This document shows positions 11,447-24,737 of a stretch of 64,000 nt of DNA, piece by piece. The DNA lies in NCBI RefSeq assembly GCF_016433145.1, contig NC_058131.1, forward strand, positions 625,905,569-625,969,568, written 5' to 3'. The notes beneath the pieces were generated by a model, which saw only the letters and a program-made list of their open reading frames with translations, did not search any database and was not told the DNA's origin. Both the position numbers and the translations under genes were made by a program. Source of the DNA: Gracilinanus agilis. Its lineage: Eukaryota. Every line of letters begins with the position of its first letter. Position 1 is the stretch's first letter.

Positions 11447-11610
11447 TTTAAACCCTTACCATCTGTCTTAGAATCAATACAGCAACATATTTATTGGTTC
11501 CAAGGCAGAAGAGCAATAAAGGCTATGCAGTGGAGATTAAGTGACTTGCCCAGGGTCACACAGCTAAGAAGTATCTGAGGTTAGATTTGAACTTAAAACT
11601 TCCTATCTTT
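11447..11610 (-). mobile_element. Marsupial CORE-SINE, 5'-truncated
   Basis: aaacccttaccatctgtcttagaatcaatac tail and ttaagtgacttgcccagggtcacacagcta CORE. Confidence 0.85.
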
Positions 11611-11839
11611 AGCAACAAAAGCAGAATGTCTCACTTAAAGCAGATATTTGCCACTAATAATGCGTAAGCCTAAATTCCTGATTTTGCTCATGGCTATTCT
11701 ATGTGATATTTTATAACCACATACCCATAAGCTGTAAAATATATGTCACATTCTTCTTTAATATATTAATAATCACTCATCTATATGGAAGCTTAAGATT
11801 TAAGAAAGACAACTCAAAATAAAACATGAAAATTGAGGG

Positions 11840-12260
11840 AAAGCCCATCGATTGGAGAATGGCTAAACAAGTTATGATGTAATTGTGATGGAATACTCCT
11901 GCACAGGAAGAAATGACAAGCAGGTTAATTATAAAACTTTGGAAAGATCTAAATGAAATTATGAAAAGGGAAATTAGCAGAACCAAAAGGATATTATAAA
12001 CAACAACAACAGAAATATTATTTAAAGAATTAACTATGAATGCCCACTTCCAGAAAAAGAAGTGATAAATAGAAATATACATGAGATAGTTTTTATATTT
12101 TTTCTTAATGTATGTATATATGTATATACGTATACATATACATATATATATTTCACATACACATATATTTGCCAAATGATACCTTCTCTAGTATGGAGAG
12201 GAGAGGGGAGGAGGGAGAAAGATATACGAGAAATTTATACTAAATTCGAATAAAAAACAG
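11840..12260 (+). mobile_element. L1 3' fragment (end of ORF2 and 3' UTR)
   Basis: cccatcgattggagaatggctaaacaagtta...gaaattagcagaaccaaaagga, typical of a marsupial L1 3' end. Confidence 0.8.
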
Positions 12261-13101
12261 CAATCTTATTAGGTAGACTGTAAATGGCATTTATATAGAC
12301 CTTAAGATTTATAAAGTATTTTAAATAAATAAATTTCAATTTATTATAATTATCCACACTTTACAGATTAAGAAACTGAGACAAAGAATGTCATAGGATC
12401 CCAGAGATAGGATTTGAGTCTTGAACCTTGGTCTTCTGATTCCCAGACTAATACTTTGCTAAATATAGTGAAAATCCTTCCAGAAATAATATGATTCCCC
12501 TTAGGGAAAGAGGTGGAACAGGTTCCCTGTAAGCTCTGGTATAATATGGAATATTAGCAATCCATGACATAAATTTTTTTAAAAGGGCAAGTCTGAGAGT
12601 ATGATCGCCTCCCACTTATTGTGTAAATTTCCTGGCCATCTTTCTAAATTTATGTTATCAGTACAAAACAAATTAGGGAAAGAATACCACTCAATAGAAG
12701 GGAGAGTCAGAAAATTAAGGAATGAGGATTCCATTGGACGTGTATTATCTTAAATGAAAAGAAATGTTTGAAGCAGGCAATAATGAACACCTAGAGTGTT
12801 TCCAATGTGGCGTTTTTAGATGTAAAGGACCCTAAAGCAATTGTATGGAGGCTCTCCTCCCACTAGAGGGCAATACTGCAGCATAGTTTTAACAAAAATG
12901 TCTTTAGCATCAATGTGGGTTTGGGACTCAAAGCACCTAAATTATACATGTCCACACAGATACACCCACCTAACAGCAATTAATGAGTCCCTGAAAAGAT
13001 GACAGAACAATGTTACAGTAGATAGTTTCTCAGAAACAAAGATAGCACTGCTCTACATGTAATACCACAAAAGCAAGATTGGGGAATTTTATTTTTAAAT
13101 G

Positions 13102-13300
13102 ATTGCGAAATTTTATTTTATTTATTGCGCTATTTTAAAATTATTGGAAAATATTACTTTTATTGCAATATCTTAAGATTATTGCAAATTTTTATTTTAT
13201 TTATTGCAACATTTTAAGATTATTGGAAAATGTTACTTTTTTATTGCAATATTTTAAGATTATTGCAACATTTTATTTCATTTGTTGTAATATTTTGTAT
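13102..13300. repeat. AT-rich minisatellite, ~79-80 bp unit x ~2.5
   Basis: ttattggaaaat recurs at 13141 and 13220; the unit is built from ttattgcaa/ttttaaga subrepeats. Confidence 0.85.
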
Positions 13301-14875
13301 TCTAATAAGGGGAGACAACATGTGTACAACATATCTGTAAGTATGTATTTAATATGTAATAATATATGCCATAATATATAATATTATGTATAATATATAA
13401 TACATAAAATGATATTTTATATATAAAAAAGCAAAATCTACACCAAATAAATATAATGTAGTTATAAAAGTACTAACAGCTGAGGGGAATTGGGAAAGGC
13501 TAAGTAGCAATTGAATTAGACCTTGGAGGAAAAACCCCCTCACTCTTAAATGAATCTCCACATTGCTGAAGCTGAAAAAAATCACTCTCGCTGGCCAACT
13601 TTCTAAGTGATATCATTTCTTAATGTGCTTCTCTGACATTGACTGATCAATGAATCAAGAAGCATTTTATTAAGTGCCTAAAAGAAACAGGACCTGCCCT
13701 CAAAACGCTTAACATTCTATATGCTGACAACAGACACCCCCCACCCCTTCAGGCTTATCCCCAGGTGAAGACCCACTGCGTTTGTACTCCATGGGTGATA
13801 AAGCCTTTGGGATCCAGCTGGTGATACAACAGTTAAGCATTCTAAGTCAGGAAAACAGAAGTCAAATTAGGCTTCAAGATGAAATGAGGCTAATTAATAG
13901 AACCTACCTTGCAGGGTTGTCATGAGGATCAAATGCGATAATAGTTGCAAAAAGTGCTGAGCACATAGTAGGTGCTTGGCACGTAGTAGGTGCTCTTTAA
14001 AAGCTTATTCCCTTCCCCCTAGTAGCAAAAGGCATCCGAGTGAGATTTTAATTAAAGATAGATACATACACTCATATCCCCGACGACGAATGTACAGCAG
14101 CAGCAGTATGTCCCTACATCATCTTAGCCTTCCATCAGCCTTTGGTCCTCTCCCATTTTTATACCTGTAACTCCTATCCAAGAGCATCCATCCATCCATC
14201 CATCCATTTAGTGATGGCAGGATGAGGTTTTTATCTAGCAGGCTGTATACGTGCCTCTCAAACCCAGTTATCTTTCAGATCATCTAGTCATAACATTTTT
14301 CTATTTTCCAGGCACAGAAGCCTCCATCTGGTGCTGCATAAACTAAATAAACCCCTCCTTTTGGGATCCCTAGAAGCCTTTTAGCAGCTCTGGGAGCTAT
14401 AAATAACTTTTCCACTATAAATGCAGGAAGTTGTTCTCATTGTCCTCCTACTTTACCATAACTGCCCTGAGGTCAGAAAGGGAGGTATAAAACTTAAAAC
14501 AAAAAACAAAAAAAAAACAAAAAATCTCAGACAAATGTTAAGTTAAAATAGTGCCAGGCTATATTTAATTGCCCTTTGAGGCTTTCGGTGCTGTTCTGGA
14601 TTTCCAGTTAACTCCTGCCATCTTTAAACACAAGCCAGCTCTCAGCCCCAGCTAAGCAGAGATGGGGGCATGTTTTGGAAGGAGATAGATGTGGGAGCTT
14701 GGATTCCCCACTCATTGGCACTGTGAGCCTGGGTACTCATGTGGCTTCTTTCAGGTTCATTTTCCTCAGTTATAAAATGGGGATAATCCTATCTGGATCC
14801 CTTGCCTCACAGGGAGCTTGTAAACAAACAAATAAAACCATGTCTGTATCTAACCATGGAGCACACACAGATTAC

Positions 14876-15087
14876 CTCGAGCATGGCTATCTCCTCTCCA
14901 TTGTTGAGAATCCGAAAGGAGTAGAGGTGATCGGGGCTGGGATTTGGGACAACCTCACATCCCACCAAGCTGAGTGGCTGCTGTGCTGATTTAGTTCGGT
15001 TCCTGTCCTGGTAGATGTGCAGGTGACTGTCCTTCACATAGCACCACCGGGATTTCCACTGGCTGTTGACCAGGACATTCAGGTAAC
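14876..15087 (-). CDS. AFAP1L2: AFAP1L2 exon 11 (212 nt): (S)YLNVLVNSQWKSRWCYVKDSHLHIYQDRNRTKSAQQPLSLVGCEVVPNPSPDHLYSFRILNNGEEIAMLE; PH2
   Basis: ttttctggcag acceptor, gtaatc donor, phase 1-0. Confidence 0.97.
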
Positions 15088-15679
15088 CTGCCAGAAAAGG
15101 AACGTCTGTAATAGGAGTAGAATCACTCGTATCAAAGCCCCAGCCCTGGGAATATGGAGTCTGACTTCACCAGGTTTGCATCTAAGGAGCTTTCTTATCA
15201 CAAAAAGCATTTCTCTGGGTTTCGATTTATGGAGGAAGGTGATTGTATTTATGAGTTGCTTTTAGAGGAGTCAGGCATGGTATGGTTGTAAGAGTCCTGA
15301 ATTTGGAATCTGAGAATGTGAGTTCCAAGGATGAACCTACAACTAGTATTTTTTCAGTCACATTAGATTTTCAATTTTTAGATTTCAATCACATTAGATC
15401 ACAGAATTTAGAGCTGGAAACAATCTTAGAGACAATTTTTGACCAACCCTTTCATTTCACAAAGGGAGGACCTAGAGAGGCTGAGTCATACAGATAGCAA
15501 GCAGCAAAACTGGAATTTGTGCTGAGTCTTCTGTATCCAGAAAGAGGATCTTTTGGTCCTCAAGTTTTCTTATCACTAAAATGATGGTGTCAAACTGGAT
15601 AAATGATTTCTAGGGTCCCCTTTTGTTTTAAATCTATGCTCAATGAGTAGGAAGTACATTGTGCCAAGGTTTAGCTAAT

Positions 15680-15795
15680 ACATCAGAGCTTCACCAAGCC
15701 TGCCTGGATTATTTCCTGATAGTTCGGTCAATTTATATTTTGCAAAATATAACTATAAGGAAATAATCCAGGCAGGCTTGGTGAAGCTCTGATGT
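15680..15795. repeat. 116-bp quasi-perfect palindrome with perfect 38-bp outer arms
   Basis: 15680-15717 is the exact reverse complement of 15758-15795; inner 20-bp palindrome at 15733-15752. Confidence 0.97.
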
Positions 15796-18700
15796 GAATG
15801 CTGCCCCCTTGAAAACAGAGAATGAACTCTGGTTGGATTCTTATCCAAAAGCTATTCTTAGTTTATTCAAGCAGTAGGCTGGTGGAAAACCTGCTAACTA
15901 ATGGAGAGATGGCTCCCACTTCTTGCTCTTTAATAAAAGTCTGTGTGAAGCCCCTTAACCTCTTGGTTGTCAGGACAGAAAGTTCTTCAGTGTTTCCCAT
16001 TCCCTACCCCCTTCTCTGTCTCTCTTTCTCACCACATCTACACTCCATCAGGCAAGTGACTAGGCTATCCCACCAACAGACCTTGATCATTCTGGTCCTA
16101 CATGCCTTGTGCACATAATGCTATTTCTTTCAAGAATATCCATTATCTATCCTTCAAGCTTCATCTCAATTCCCACATCCTCCATGAAGTCTTCCAACTG
16201 CTCCAGCTCTTAAATAGTACAGACACGTCCAGCTTACTTAGCTTAGCACTTAATCATATATGATGTTTTCTTCGTGTTCTTTCTGTGTTAGTTTTGCTTC
16301 CTCTACCAAACCATAAGCTAAGCAACTTGAGGCAATGACTGTCTTATCTTTCTTATATCCCTGGGAGTCTCAAGTCTCACCCCAGACAATTGTGGGTATT
16401 CATTATCTAACTAACAAAATAATACTTCTAAGACACTTGGGTCAACTTTAAAGACATTTTGCTCATACTATTCCCCCTGGTAGTGCCTGGATTAAAAGCC
16501 CAGTGATTCTATCCAATGCATCCCATTCCCTTCCTGGGCCAAAATGAAACACATCCATTACATAGCTCCATGCTTCCTTCCCAAAATGGAAGCTAGTTGA
16601 GGTCATGATGCTTGTCCTAACTAGAACCTGGATTGGAAGCAGAGGGAAATTAATGGGGCAAACCTTAAAGCACTCACTGTATAAATGCAAGACAATATTA
16701 TTATTAACTTAGGTCAGCCTATTCTAAGGATCAGCCAAGCCCTGGGAAGGGTAGCTACTTTGTTCTCCCCAAGCCTTTCCATCTTCCCCGGGGGAATGGA
16801 AGGACATTTCATTGCTAAGTATACTTCCAGAAATAACACTGCCACAACACCCAGAAACAATGACTCATTGGCACTATTCTCATGTAGCACAAAACATGCC
16901 CTCTGGAGGCTGCACCCTGAGATGATGCAATATCCATACAACTAGACTGGCACCAAGGGACAACATCCTTGCTGGAAAAACACATGGTCTTCAAAGACAA
17001 ACTCAGATTTTTATCCCATTGTTAGCTTCAATTTTCAACACCCCTGAACTCTGGGAAAAACAGTTTCACTGTTTAGAACAATACGCAGACCACCGTGGAC
17101 AAAAAAACAACAAATCACTTGAGTGGTTAAAGTATTAAAGGGAAAGAAACTATATCTTGAAACTATATCTTATGAAGAAAGGTGAAATACTTGGCCAAGA
17201 GAGAGCCAAGGACTAATGATAATTACCTTCAATTATCACAACTTCCTCGAAAGAGAGTACTTTACACCTGGTCCTTTCTTGACTAAATCACTAATTTTAT
17301 AGCATTGTAAGACTTGGAGGTGGGGAAGACTGGAAATCAACTGAATCTAATATCACCCATTTTAGAGGTGAGGAAGTAGAGGCCTGGAGAGAAGAAAGCA
17401 TCTTGCCCCAAATCAAAGAGGTTTTCAGTAGCAGAGCTGGAATTCAAATTCCTTTGACAATAAATTTTAGTGTTTTTTTCCCCAACACCTCTCTGGGTAT
17501 TAATTTCTTCGTCTGAAAAAATGAAGAGGTATAAGCTATGGTACGATGGCCTGGGAATCAGAAGAATTATGTTCCAATCCTGGTTCTACCCTACCCATGT
17601 AAACCCAAGCAAAGCCTTTTCCTCTTTGAGCCTGTTCTCTCATCTGCACAATAAGGAATTAGACCAGGAACCTTGAAGGAACCTTCCGCTTTTAACATTC
17701 TCCAATTCTAATAGCTTTACAAAAATTTCATTACAACTAAATTTATCTACTTCTCTTCTAAGGATGCTTTGTGCTCTTCCCTCCTTCATTACAAGTCTTT
17801 GGCTCATAATTCCCCATTCCTAAATGCCCATACTAACTCAGCTCAAGACCTATTTCTTCAGTAAAGTCTTCCCTCAGGACTCCATCAAAATCATCTCTTT
17901 CTCCCCTGAATTCTATAATGTTTATTGTCTGAACCACTCAAATGCTGCCCTTTAATTATAGCTCTTGGTAAATGTCTTTCTGCCTTCCCAGATTAAAAGT
18001 TTCAAAGACTGTATTTTATTTCTTGGTATTCACTGGAAGAAAGTGCACATTTATGTGATGCTTTAAGGTTTACTTCCCTCATAACCACCTTTGGAGGAAT
18101 GTAAAATAAATATTATTTTCCCATTTTACAAATGAGGAAACTAAGCCTTGAGAAATGAAGGAAGTAGATAGGGATATGGATTTTTAGCTGCAAGACACTT
18201 TAGAAACCCACCAAGCTCAACATTTTCCTTTTATAGCTGAAGCAACTGGGACTCAGACAGGTTACTGTAGGTCTTGTTCAAGGTTACAAAGACAATATCT
18301 ATCAGAGACAAGTTCTCTGACTTCAAATTTAGTGTCCTTCCACTATATCATGCCTTCCTCTAAGTTCTAGGTCTGTCTCTTATAGAAGACATACAAATCT
18401 GAAATAGGACTTTGATGAGGGCTTCTAACTCCAGTTTCAAAGTTCTTTCATTGGAAAACGTCTTTCTTTCTCCAATGCTGCTTCTCAAGCACCCTTTATT
18501 GTGCTATCTATACACAAGAACTGTTAGTTGGATAAATGAATGAATAAATGAATGTATTGAACTAAAGTTATTATAAGGTTGATGACCAGATATCTAAATC
18601 TGCCAAGAATTGAACAGAAAGTAAAACTGCAGCAAGAAGGAAGTGTTTTTAAACCCAGGAAAAGGGACTGGACCAATGAGCAATATTAGAAAATGCCTTG

Positions 18701-18899
18701 GCGAAACCCACTACCAATACAGGTCAGCACTTCCTCAGCACCTTCCAGTCTCAGAACTCTCTTGGATGCTGAGGTTAAGTGACATGATTGAGGTCACAGA
18801 GACAATATGTGTTGGAGGCAGGACTTGAACTCAGGTCATCCTGACTTCAATCCTAGCTTGTAAACCCCTTTAAATAGACATAAAAATAGTTTATGAAGA

Positions 18900-19082
18900 T
18901 GGTGAAGGAAAATTGGAAGAGACCTCCATGGAAAGATGGATAATCTCTATTCTCAGAGATGTTTTAAATTAGGAATCAATAATACTCTATCTTAGTGGCT
19001 TAGTTGTTCACCTGCCGGTTGGCAGGGGGTCTGACCCGATGACCTCTTGAGGCCTTTTCCAGCTTTAAGAGTCTATGATTCT
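18900..19082 (-). mobile_element. L3/CR1 or MIR3-type 3' tail abutting the exon 10 donor
   Basis: Minus strand agaatcatagactcttaaagctggaaaaggcctcaagaggtcatc. Confidence 0.6.
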
Positions 19083-19085
19083 TAC

Positions 19086-19190
19086 TGGATGTCTCCAGAG
19101 ACCTCTCAGAATTCTCCAGTGAAGCAGATTTCTTCCTCCCCAGGTTCATCAAGTTGCTCAATTTGAGGCCTGCTGTACCTTTCTTCTTAA
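19086..19190 (-). CDS. AFAP1L2: AFAP1L2 exon 10 (105 nt): (V)KKKGTAGLKLSNLMNLGRKKSASLENSERSLETS
   Basis: cattcttgttag acceptor, gtaaga donor, phase 1-1. Confidence 0.96.
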
Positions 19191-19636
19191 CTAACAAGAA
19201 TGGGGAGAAGAAACTGGCATCATACATATCACATAAGTAAACCCTCATCCAAAGCCCACCAAAGATTTCAGACATTCCCCTCTTGTTCTTCTTCATCGCA
19301 CAAAAATCCATAGGCTGAGTCAGTTCACATAAAAGTTCACATAAAGACATCTCCCCATTGACATGGACAGGGCATGGGAATCTTTTAGGAATACCTTGGC
19401 TAGTAACAGAGAATGCTTAAGATTTGAAAGATAACTGATTGGGATGGATGAAAAATTATTTATATCATCTCAGAAAAAAACAATATAAACTTAATAGGTT
19501 AACTGTTTGGATGCTTACATGCCTCCCCCAACCCATCCTTTTGAAGTAGGTTGGTAAATGACTTCCACTTGAGCCACTGACTGTCACCCTTGAAAGCCAT
19601 TTCCCTCACCATCCCACAAGGAAGGAACTCCATTAC

Positions 19637-19721
19637 CATCTTTGGTCTCTGTGGTTTCAGGATGACCATCCACATTACTCCCACATTCTGGGGCTGAGAG
19701 GTATTTCTCAGCTATATCTGG
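19637..19721 (-). CDS. AFAP1L2: AFAP1L2 exon 9 (85 nt): PDIAEKYLSAPECGSNVDGHPETTETKD
   Basis: cccattgacag acceptor, gtaatg donor, phase 0-1. Confidence 0.95.
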
Positions 19722-20679
19722 CTGTCAATGGGAAAGAGAAAAGATAAGCCTGACTATGTGCTGATAGTAGATCAGATAACTGTGTTGGGAAAAAATAAAG
19801 AATTTTCCCAACTGTGAACTAGTGGTAATTCTACCCATGAAGCAGAAATAAATTCTAATGTCTCATCCAACTCTAAGGTCCAGTGGTCTGGACCTTGAAA
19901 GCTCTTGTGTCTCTTGAAGTTTCCCCAAGTTTGTCTCATTGTCTCTTGCTTTTGGACCCCTCATATTATAGAAGTCAATTTCCTCCTTGGTTCCCAAGTA
20001 TCCAAAGGGACTAGTCAATACTAAAAAAATAATTAGCATTCATTACTTTTTTAATGGATACCAGAATGGAAAAGTTTCATAGAAGTATAAAAATTCTCTG
20101 TCAAAAGGATCAGTGGTGACTTCCAACTTCCAGATCCTTGGCATATCCTTTTCTTTTCAGCTCAGATAAAGATGAGAAAAACCAGGATCAGAGAGAGTTG
20201 AGTCTTTAGCTCTAGGATCTACTCCATTTGTTTTCACCAAAAGAGCTAAGTAGGATGCCAAAGCTGCGTGATTAATTGAACCTACTCCTTAAAATTAGGA
20301 GTTCAAACAAGGCTGCACTGGACTCCAGTCTTTTAAACTGTCTAAAAGCAAATAAGAGCCTTTATTTCTTGATAAGCACAGAAAACATTGAGTTTTTTAC
20401 TTGGAGAAAATAGCCACACAAACTAACTCTCCCAATTTAAGAATATAAAACAAAGTTAATATTATTCCAATAAAGCTTTTTCTCCCTCAAGCAAGAAAAT
20501 ACTTTGTGTCCTTTTCACTTGTTTTCTAGCCAAAATAAAGTCAACCATGCTTATCTCCAAACAGAGTGTGTTTCTTATTAATTGGATGGAAATGCAAAAA
20601 TAAGACGTTTAATTTTACACTTTCGTTTTAAGAGAAAAAATAATTAAGAATCCCCCCTGGGAGGAGGACCTAGGCTTAC

Positions 20680-20769
20680 TTTCTGACAATTGAGACGTTG
20701 GGCATCAGGGATGTATTGGTTTCCTTCAGAAACTCCTTCAGAAGGCAAGCCACTGACTTCTTGGATGAC
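20680..20769 (-). CDS. AFAP1L2: AFAP1L2 exon 8 (90 nt): VIQEVSGLPSEGVSEGNQYIPDAQRLNCQK
   Basis: ttcccattcag acceptor, gtaagc donor, phase 0-0. Confidence 0.96.
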
Positions 20770-22699
20770 CTGAATGGGAAGAGAAAAGCCAGTTGGTGGA
20801 TCAGACTCAGGATCAGACTTGAGCTGTCACTCACTCAGGTTTTCCTGCCTTCACTATGATTTGGTCAGAAGTCAGGAGTCTCTTGAGAACTAACAGCTTG
20901 TGTTAAATGTGTTAAATGATTTTCCTCCCAACCTGAACACTTCAGTGCCATTCCAGGACCAAACCCAAACTTTATCTTGGGACTCTGGAAGCTGGGTTTT
21001 CCCAGCTGGAAAAGGTTTATTAGGGTTCGCAGACCCCATATGATCATGTTAACAGAAAGAGTAAGGGAGCATGTTGCCAGGAGTTTGGGATTGTAGAGAA
21101 CGACATGAGTCAAGAAGCTGATCCTCATCATTAATATTTCAAGTTCTGTGGTTGGTAAAACACAAGTGAAAACTTCTTGTCATACCCAGGCCTGCCAATG
21201 GGCATTATTGGCTCCTTGGTCCCCACTGCTTTTAATAGTTGTTTCTTTGTGGTTTCAATAAAATTACCACATTTCCTGAACAGCCTCTTCCTTTTTTAGT
21301 GGGTTGGAAACCTCTCTGTGACATGTTCTCATACCCAAGAAAGTGCCTCTAAGAAATATTTCCCTTAATATCCTCTACAGAATCTGCTTCATGCTTCTAG
21401 GGAGGAAGAGGCTCTTTATTCATGGCTAAAGGATTGAATTGGAAGAAAGAGAGAAGCAATCAGGCTGGCTGGCTCTTTGACCCTCAAAATCTATGACTTT
21501 ACAGGATGACTAATGCCAGAGCTCTTACTTTGAGGGAGTTTCCTACAGTCAACCTACTCCTATCCTTTCTCACAATACCTTAATCTGCAGATAAAGCCAG
21601 ATGCATTCATTCCACACATTTACACATACAACATTCCATCTACAGATGCAGAATTGCCTAAAGAATCTCCTCTTTCATCCCTGGTCCTTTGGCTGTAGCT
21701 GAACCATTAAAGATTAGTTCTCAGACTCAAAAAAAGGTCCAACTGGTTTGAAATCAAAGTGAGGATTCTTCAGGAAGGGCCAAATTAAACCTTAAATTTT
21801 ACTTCACTCTTACCCAGTTAGAGATTCTCATAGCTAAGAGCTACAGCTCCTCTCAAATCCTGGGAGAAACACTAATAATGTGAAACTTATTCAGTTCTGA
21901 GAGCCTGATGTGACAGCTGGCTGCTATTGCGCTTCAGCTCTGGGGACTCTACTTAGACTTAAGGTGTCTCCTTTGGTTTTCTCTATTTGCTTCTGGGTGT
22001 AAAACTGAATCCTGCTGTGATCCAAAGTCTGCCCTCCCTCTAGAGGCAGTTCCCTCCCTCCCTGGCAGTCCTCAGCTCAGGGCTTCCGCTCCCAATTCCC
22101 AGCTCTCCTCTCTGGGGCCTCTTGAGCTCCCTTCCTCCCATATGCCCCCTCTAGATTCCCAGATGTTTCACTTCAGCTGCTGCTCACTCAGGCTTGATTC
22201 TGAAACACTAAGTTAAGTGTTTTGTTGAACTTCCAAAGGAAAACAGGGCAGGCATTTGCCCTCTAAAAAGTCCTGACATTTCTCTCTTCCTTGAATGTAT
22301 TTGGAGGTGATAAGTGACTAAAAACCAAAAGGTCTCACCTCTTTAAAGTGGGAGAGATACATTGCCTTACAGCTTCCTCACTATCCCTTCCCTTCTACAT
22401 ATACCTCCACTTAATTCCAGTAGCAACAACAGAACCAGCCAACAGGGTCCCACTGGATTTAAAGTGGGAAGAGATGAGGCAAGGGTCTTCTCGGCCTCTG
22501 CCTATCTGGATTCTCTCAAATACACAGAAGCAATGTTAAATCAGGTCTTTTTTCCATCTACAGAAAAGCTTAGCACTCAAACCTCAGACAGCAGGCATGC
22601 CTTTAGTCCAGGGAATCTTAATCTGGGGTTCACAGCCTCCCTTAAATAAATTCAAGGGTCCTATGACCTTGAATAAGGGGGGAAATCTTTACTTTCAGT

Positions 22700-22830
22700 A
22701 ACCTCTAACTGAATTTTAGCATTTTTTTAAGTTATTGGTTTAAAAATAATATATATGATTCAGAGAAAAGGTGCATAGACTTCACCATACTGTCAAAGGG
22801 GGTCTATGGCACAAAAAAACTAGAACCCCT
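22700..22830. mobile_element. hAT-Charlie (MER5-like) fragment
   Basis: gacttcaccatactgtcaaagggggtctatggcacaaaaaaactagaacccct resembles the ends of the copies at 41014 and 49729. Confidence 0.6.
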
Positions 22831-24379
22831 AGTCTATCAGTACTTCAGAGGGCCCCTTGGAAGAAGTGCATGGGAGAAAAGTCATTATCTGTGACTTAGT
22901 CAGGCCATTCTGGTAGTAAGATGTGACCAGACAGTTAGAATGAAGGCATGTGAACAGAGTCCACTTAAATGTGGCTATGAAGTGGTTTCACTACTGCCTC
23001 TAAGCATTTTTATGGAATGAGGAAAGAAGATCCTTATGAAAATGTAATAAAGAAACAGTGCATTTTGAAATGTTTTCTCTTTGAAAATTGTGTGTTCTTA
23101 CTCTGAACACAGTCTGGTACTGGGAAAAGTGGAGGGAGTTGGGTGGCCTGGGTTCAAATTCTGTGTGACTTTTAGAAAAGTCACTTTAAACCCTCTAAGG
23201 TTCAATTTCCTTATCTATAAAATGGAGGGGTAGACCAGATGAACTCAGAGGTTTATTCCTTCTCTATATTATCCCCTGAATTTTATCAATCAGAACTAAC
23301 TGAGCTACAGTAGTGTCTCTTTCTACCCCACTCCATTCTAAATTCCTCATTTCAGTCACCTGCAATATTGTTTACTCTGCAGTACTCCTCAAGACTTAGA
23401 TGCATGCGAGACCTCTCAGACTTTCTCCCTCTTTTTGCACATTATTTAGCACCAATGCTGGTGAGTTTGGAGTATGCGAGGTGTAGGGAGGTGGCATTCT
23501 ATGTTTTCCCAAGGAAGGCATTTTGCAAAGCTTTCTCCCTTCCAACTCTGAAGTTACCGAGTATTGACAGTGGGAGAGCTAGTGCTTCCAGCAGATGTTG
23601 TTTTTCTGTTGCTTTTTAATAAGGCATCGGATGTTTAATTGCAGTTTGCAAAGCCTTAGCGGTGCTTTCCAAGTCAGTAACATCCAGCAAGCTGCAGGGG
23701 GATGTTTCTCCTGGATAGAGACACATCTAATTGGCATCACCCACAAATGGTAGCGAAGGGAAGAAGGGATGGAGAGAAAAAGGGAGAGGCAGCTTTTGGC
23801 CAGATTCTTCTGAGTGCTCTTATCCAGGCGCCAGATAAGGCTCAGGGTAGGAAGAATCATTTGGAATCTAGAGGAGGGTAAGAGTTGGATAGTGTCTCTC
23901 TTCCTTTCCTCTTGCAAATCATAGGGAGGTTGGCTTGTTTATATGAACAGTGACAGATGGTTAAGGTCTCCCCTTGGATGCTGCTTTTTCTTTGTGTCAA
24001 CAGTAACCATTAGAAGAAGCATTTATTAAGCCCCTCATAGGTATATGCTTTCAGTAAGGAAATCAGTGTCTCGTCATTGTCTATTAAATTGGAATACCCA
24101 AGTACTTCTCCCAGCAATTTAAGGCCTTTTATTTGGTACCAACCTACCTCTCCAACTTCATTCATCACTATTCCTCCCCAGGAAGTACCTTCTGCTTGAG
24201 GGAGGTTAGCTACCTTATTTTCAGCATTCCTATTATTTTCCTTTAGGTTCTCCCAATACAAAGTACTTTGCATACACCTAATTTCTTCTGTATGCAACGT
24301 CCTGTAAATCCCAACTTCTTTGTGAAGTCTTTTCCAATTACTCTGGCAAATAATTAAAGCAGAACACTTCTTATCTTTT

Positions 24380-24468
24380 TTAAAAAAAACCTTAACTTCT
24401 GTGTATTGGCTCATAGGTGGAAGAATGGCAAGGGTGGGCAATGGGGGTCAAGTGACTTGCTCAGGGTC
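24380..24468 (-). mobile_element. 5'-truncated young SINE (3' half)
   Basis: Matches the 3' half of the 6732 and 54627 SINE copies. Confidence 0.85.
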
Positions 24469-24737
24469 AAGCATTTATTATCTTTATAATCTATTTTGTC
24501 ATCGTCTTATATTTAACATTTAAATATCATCATCTTGCATGGTCCTTTAATCGGTTTATCTGTATTATATTTTTTTTTGCCCCACCCCCAACTATGTTAT
24601 AGGTTCTTGATCTCATATTGTATCTTTTATAGTGCAAAGTTCATGTACTGAATTAATACTTTCTGAATTAAATTTAATTTTGCAGCTGAAGAGGTAAGTG
24701 ACAAATTGATGAAGTGTGTTAATACCATACAGTGACT

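Noticed and set aside
11777-12253. Overlapping 132-aa and 63-aa ORFs
   Set aside because: Derived from an L1 3' relic and TA-rich low complexity
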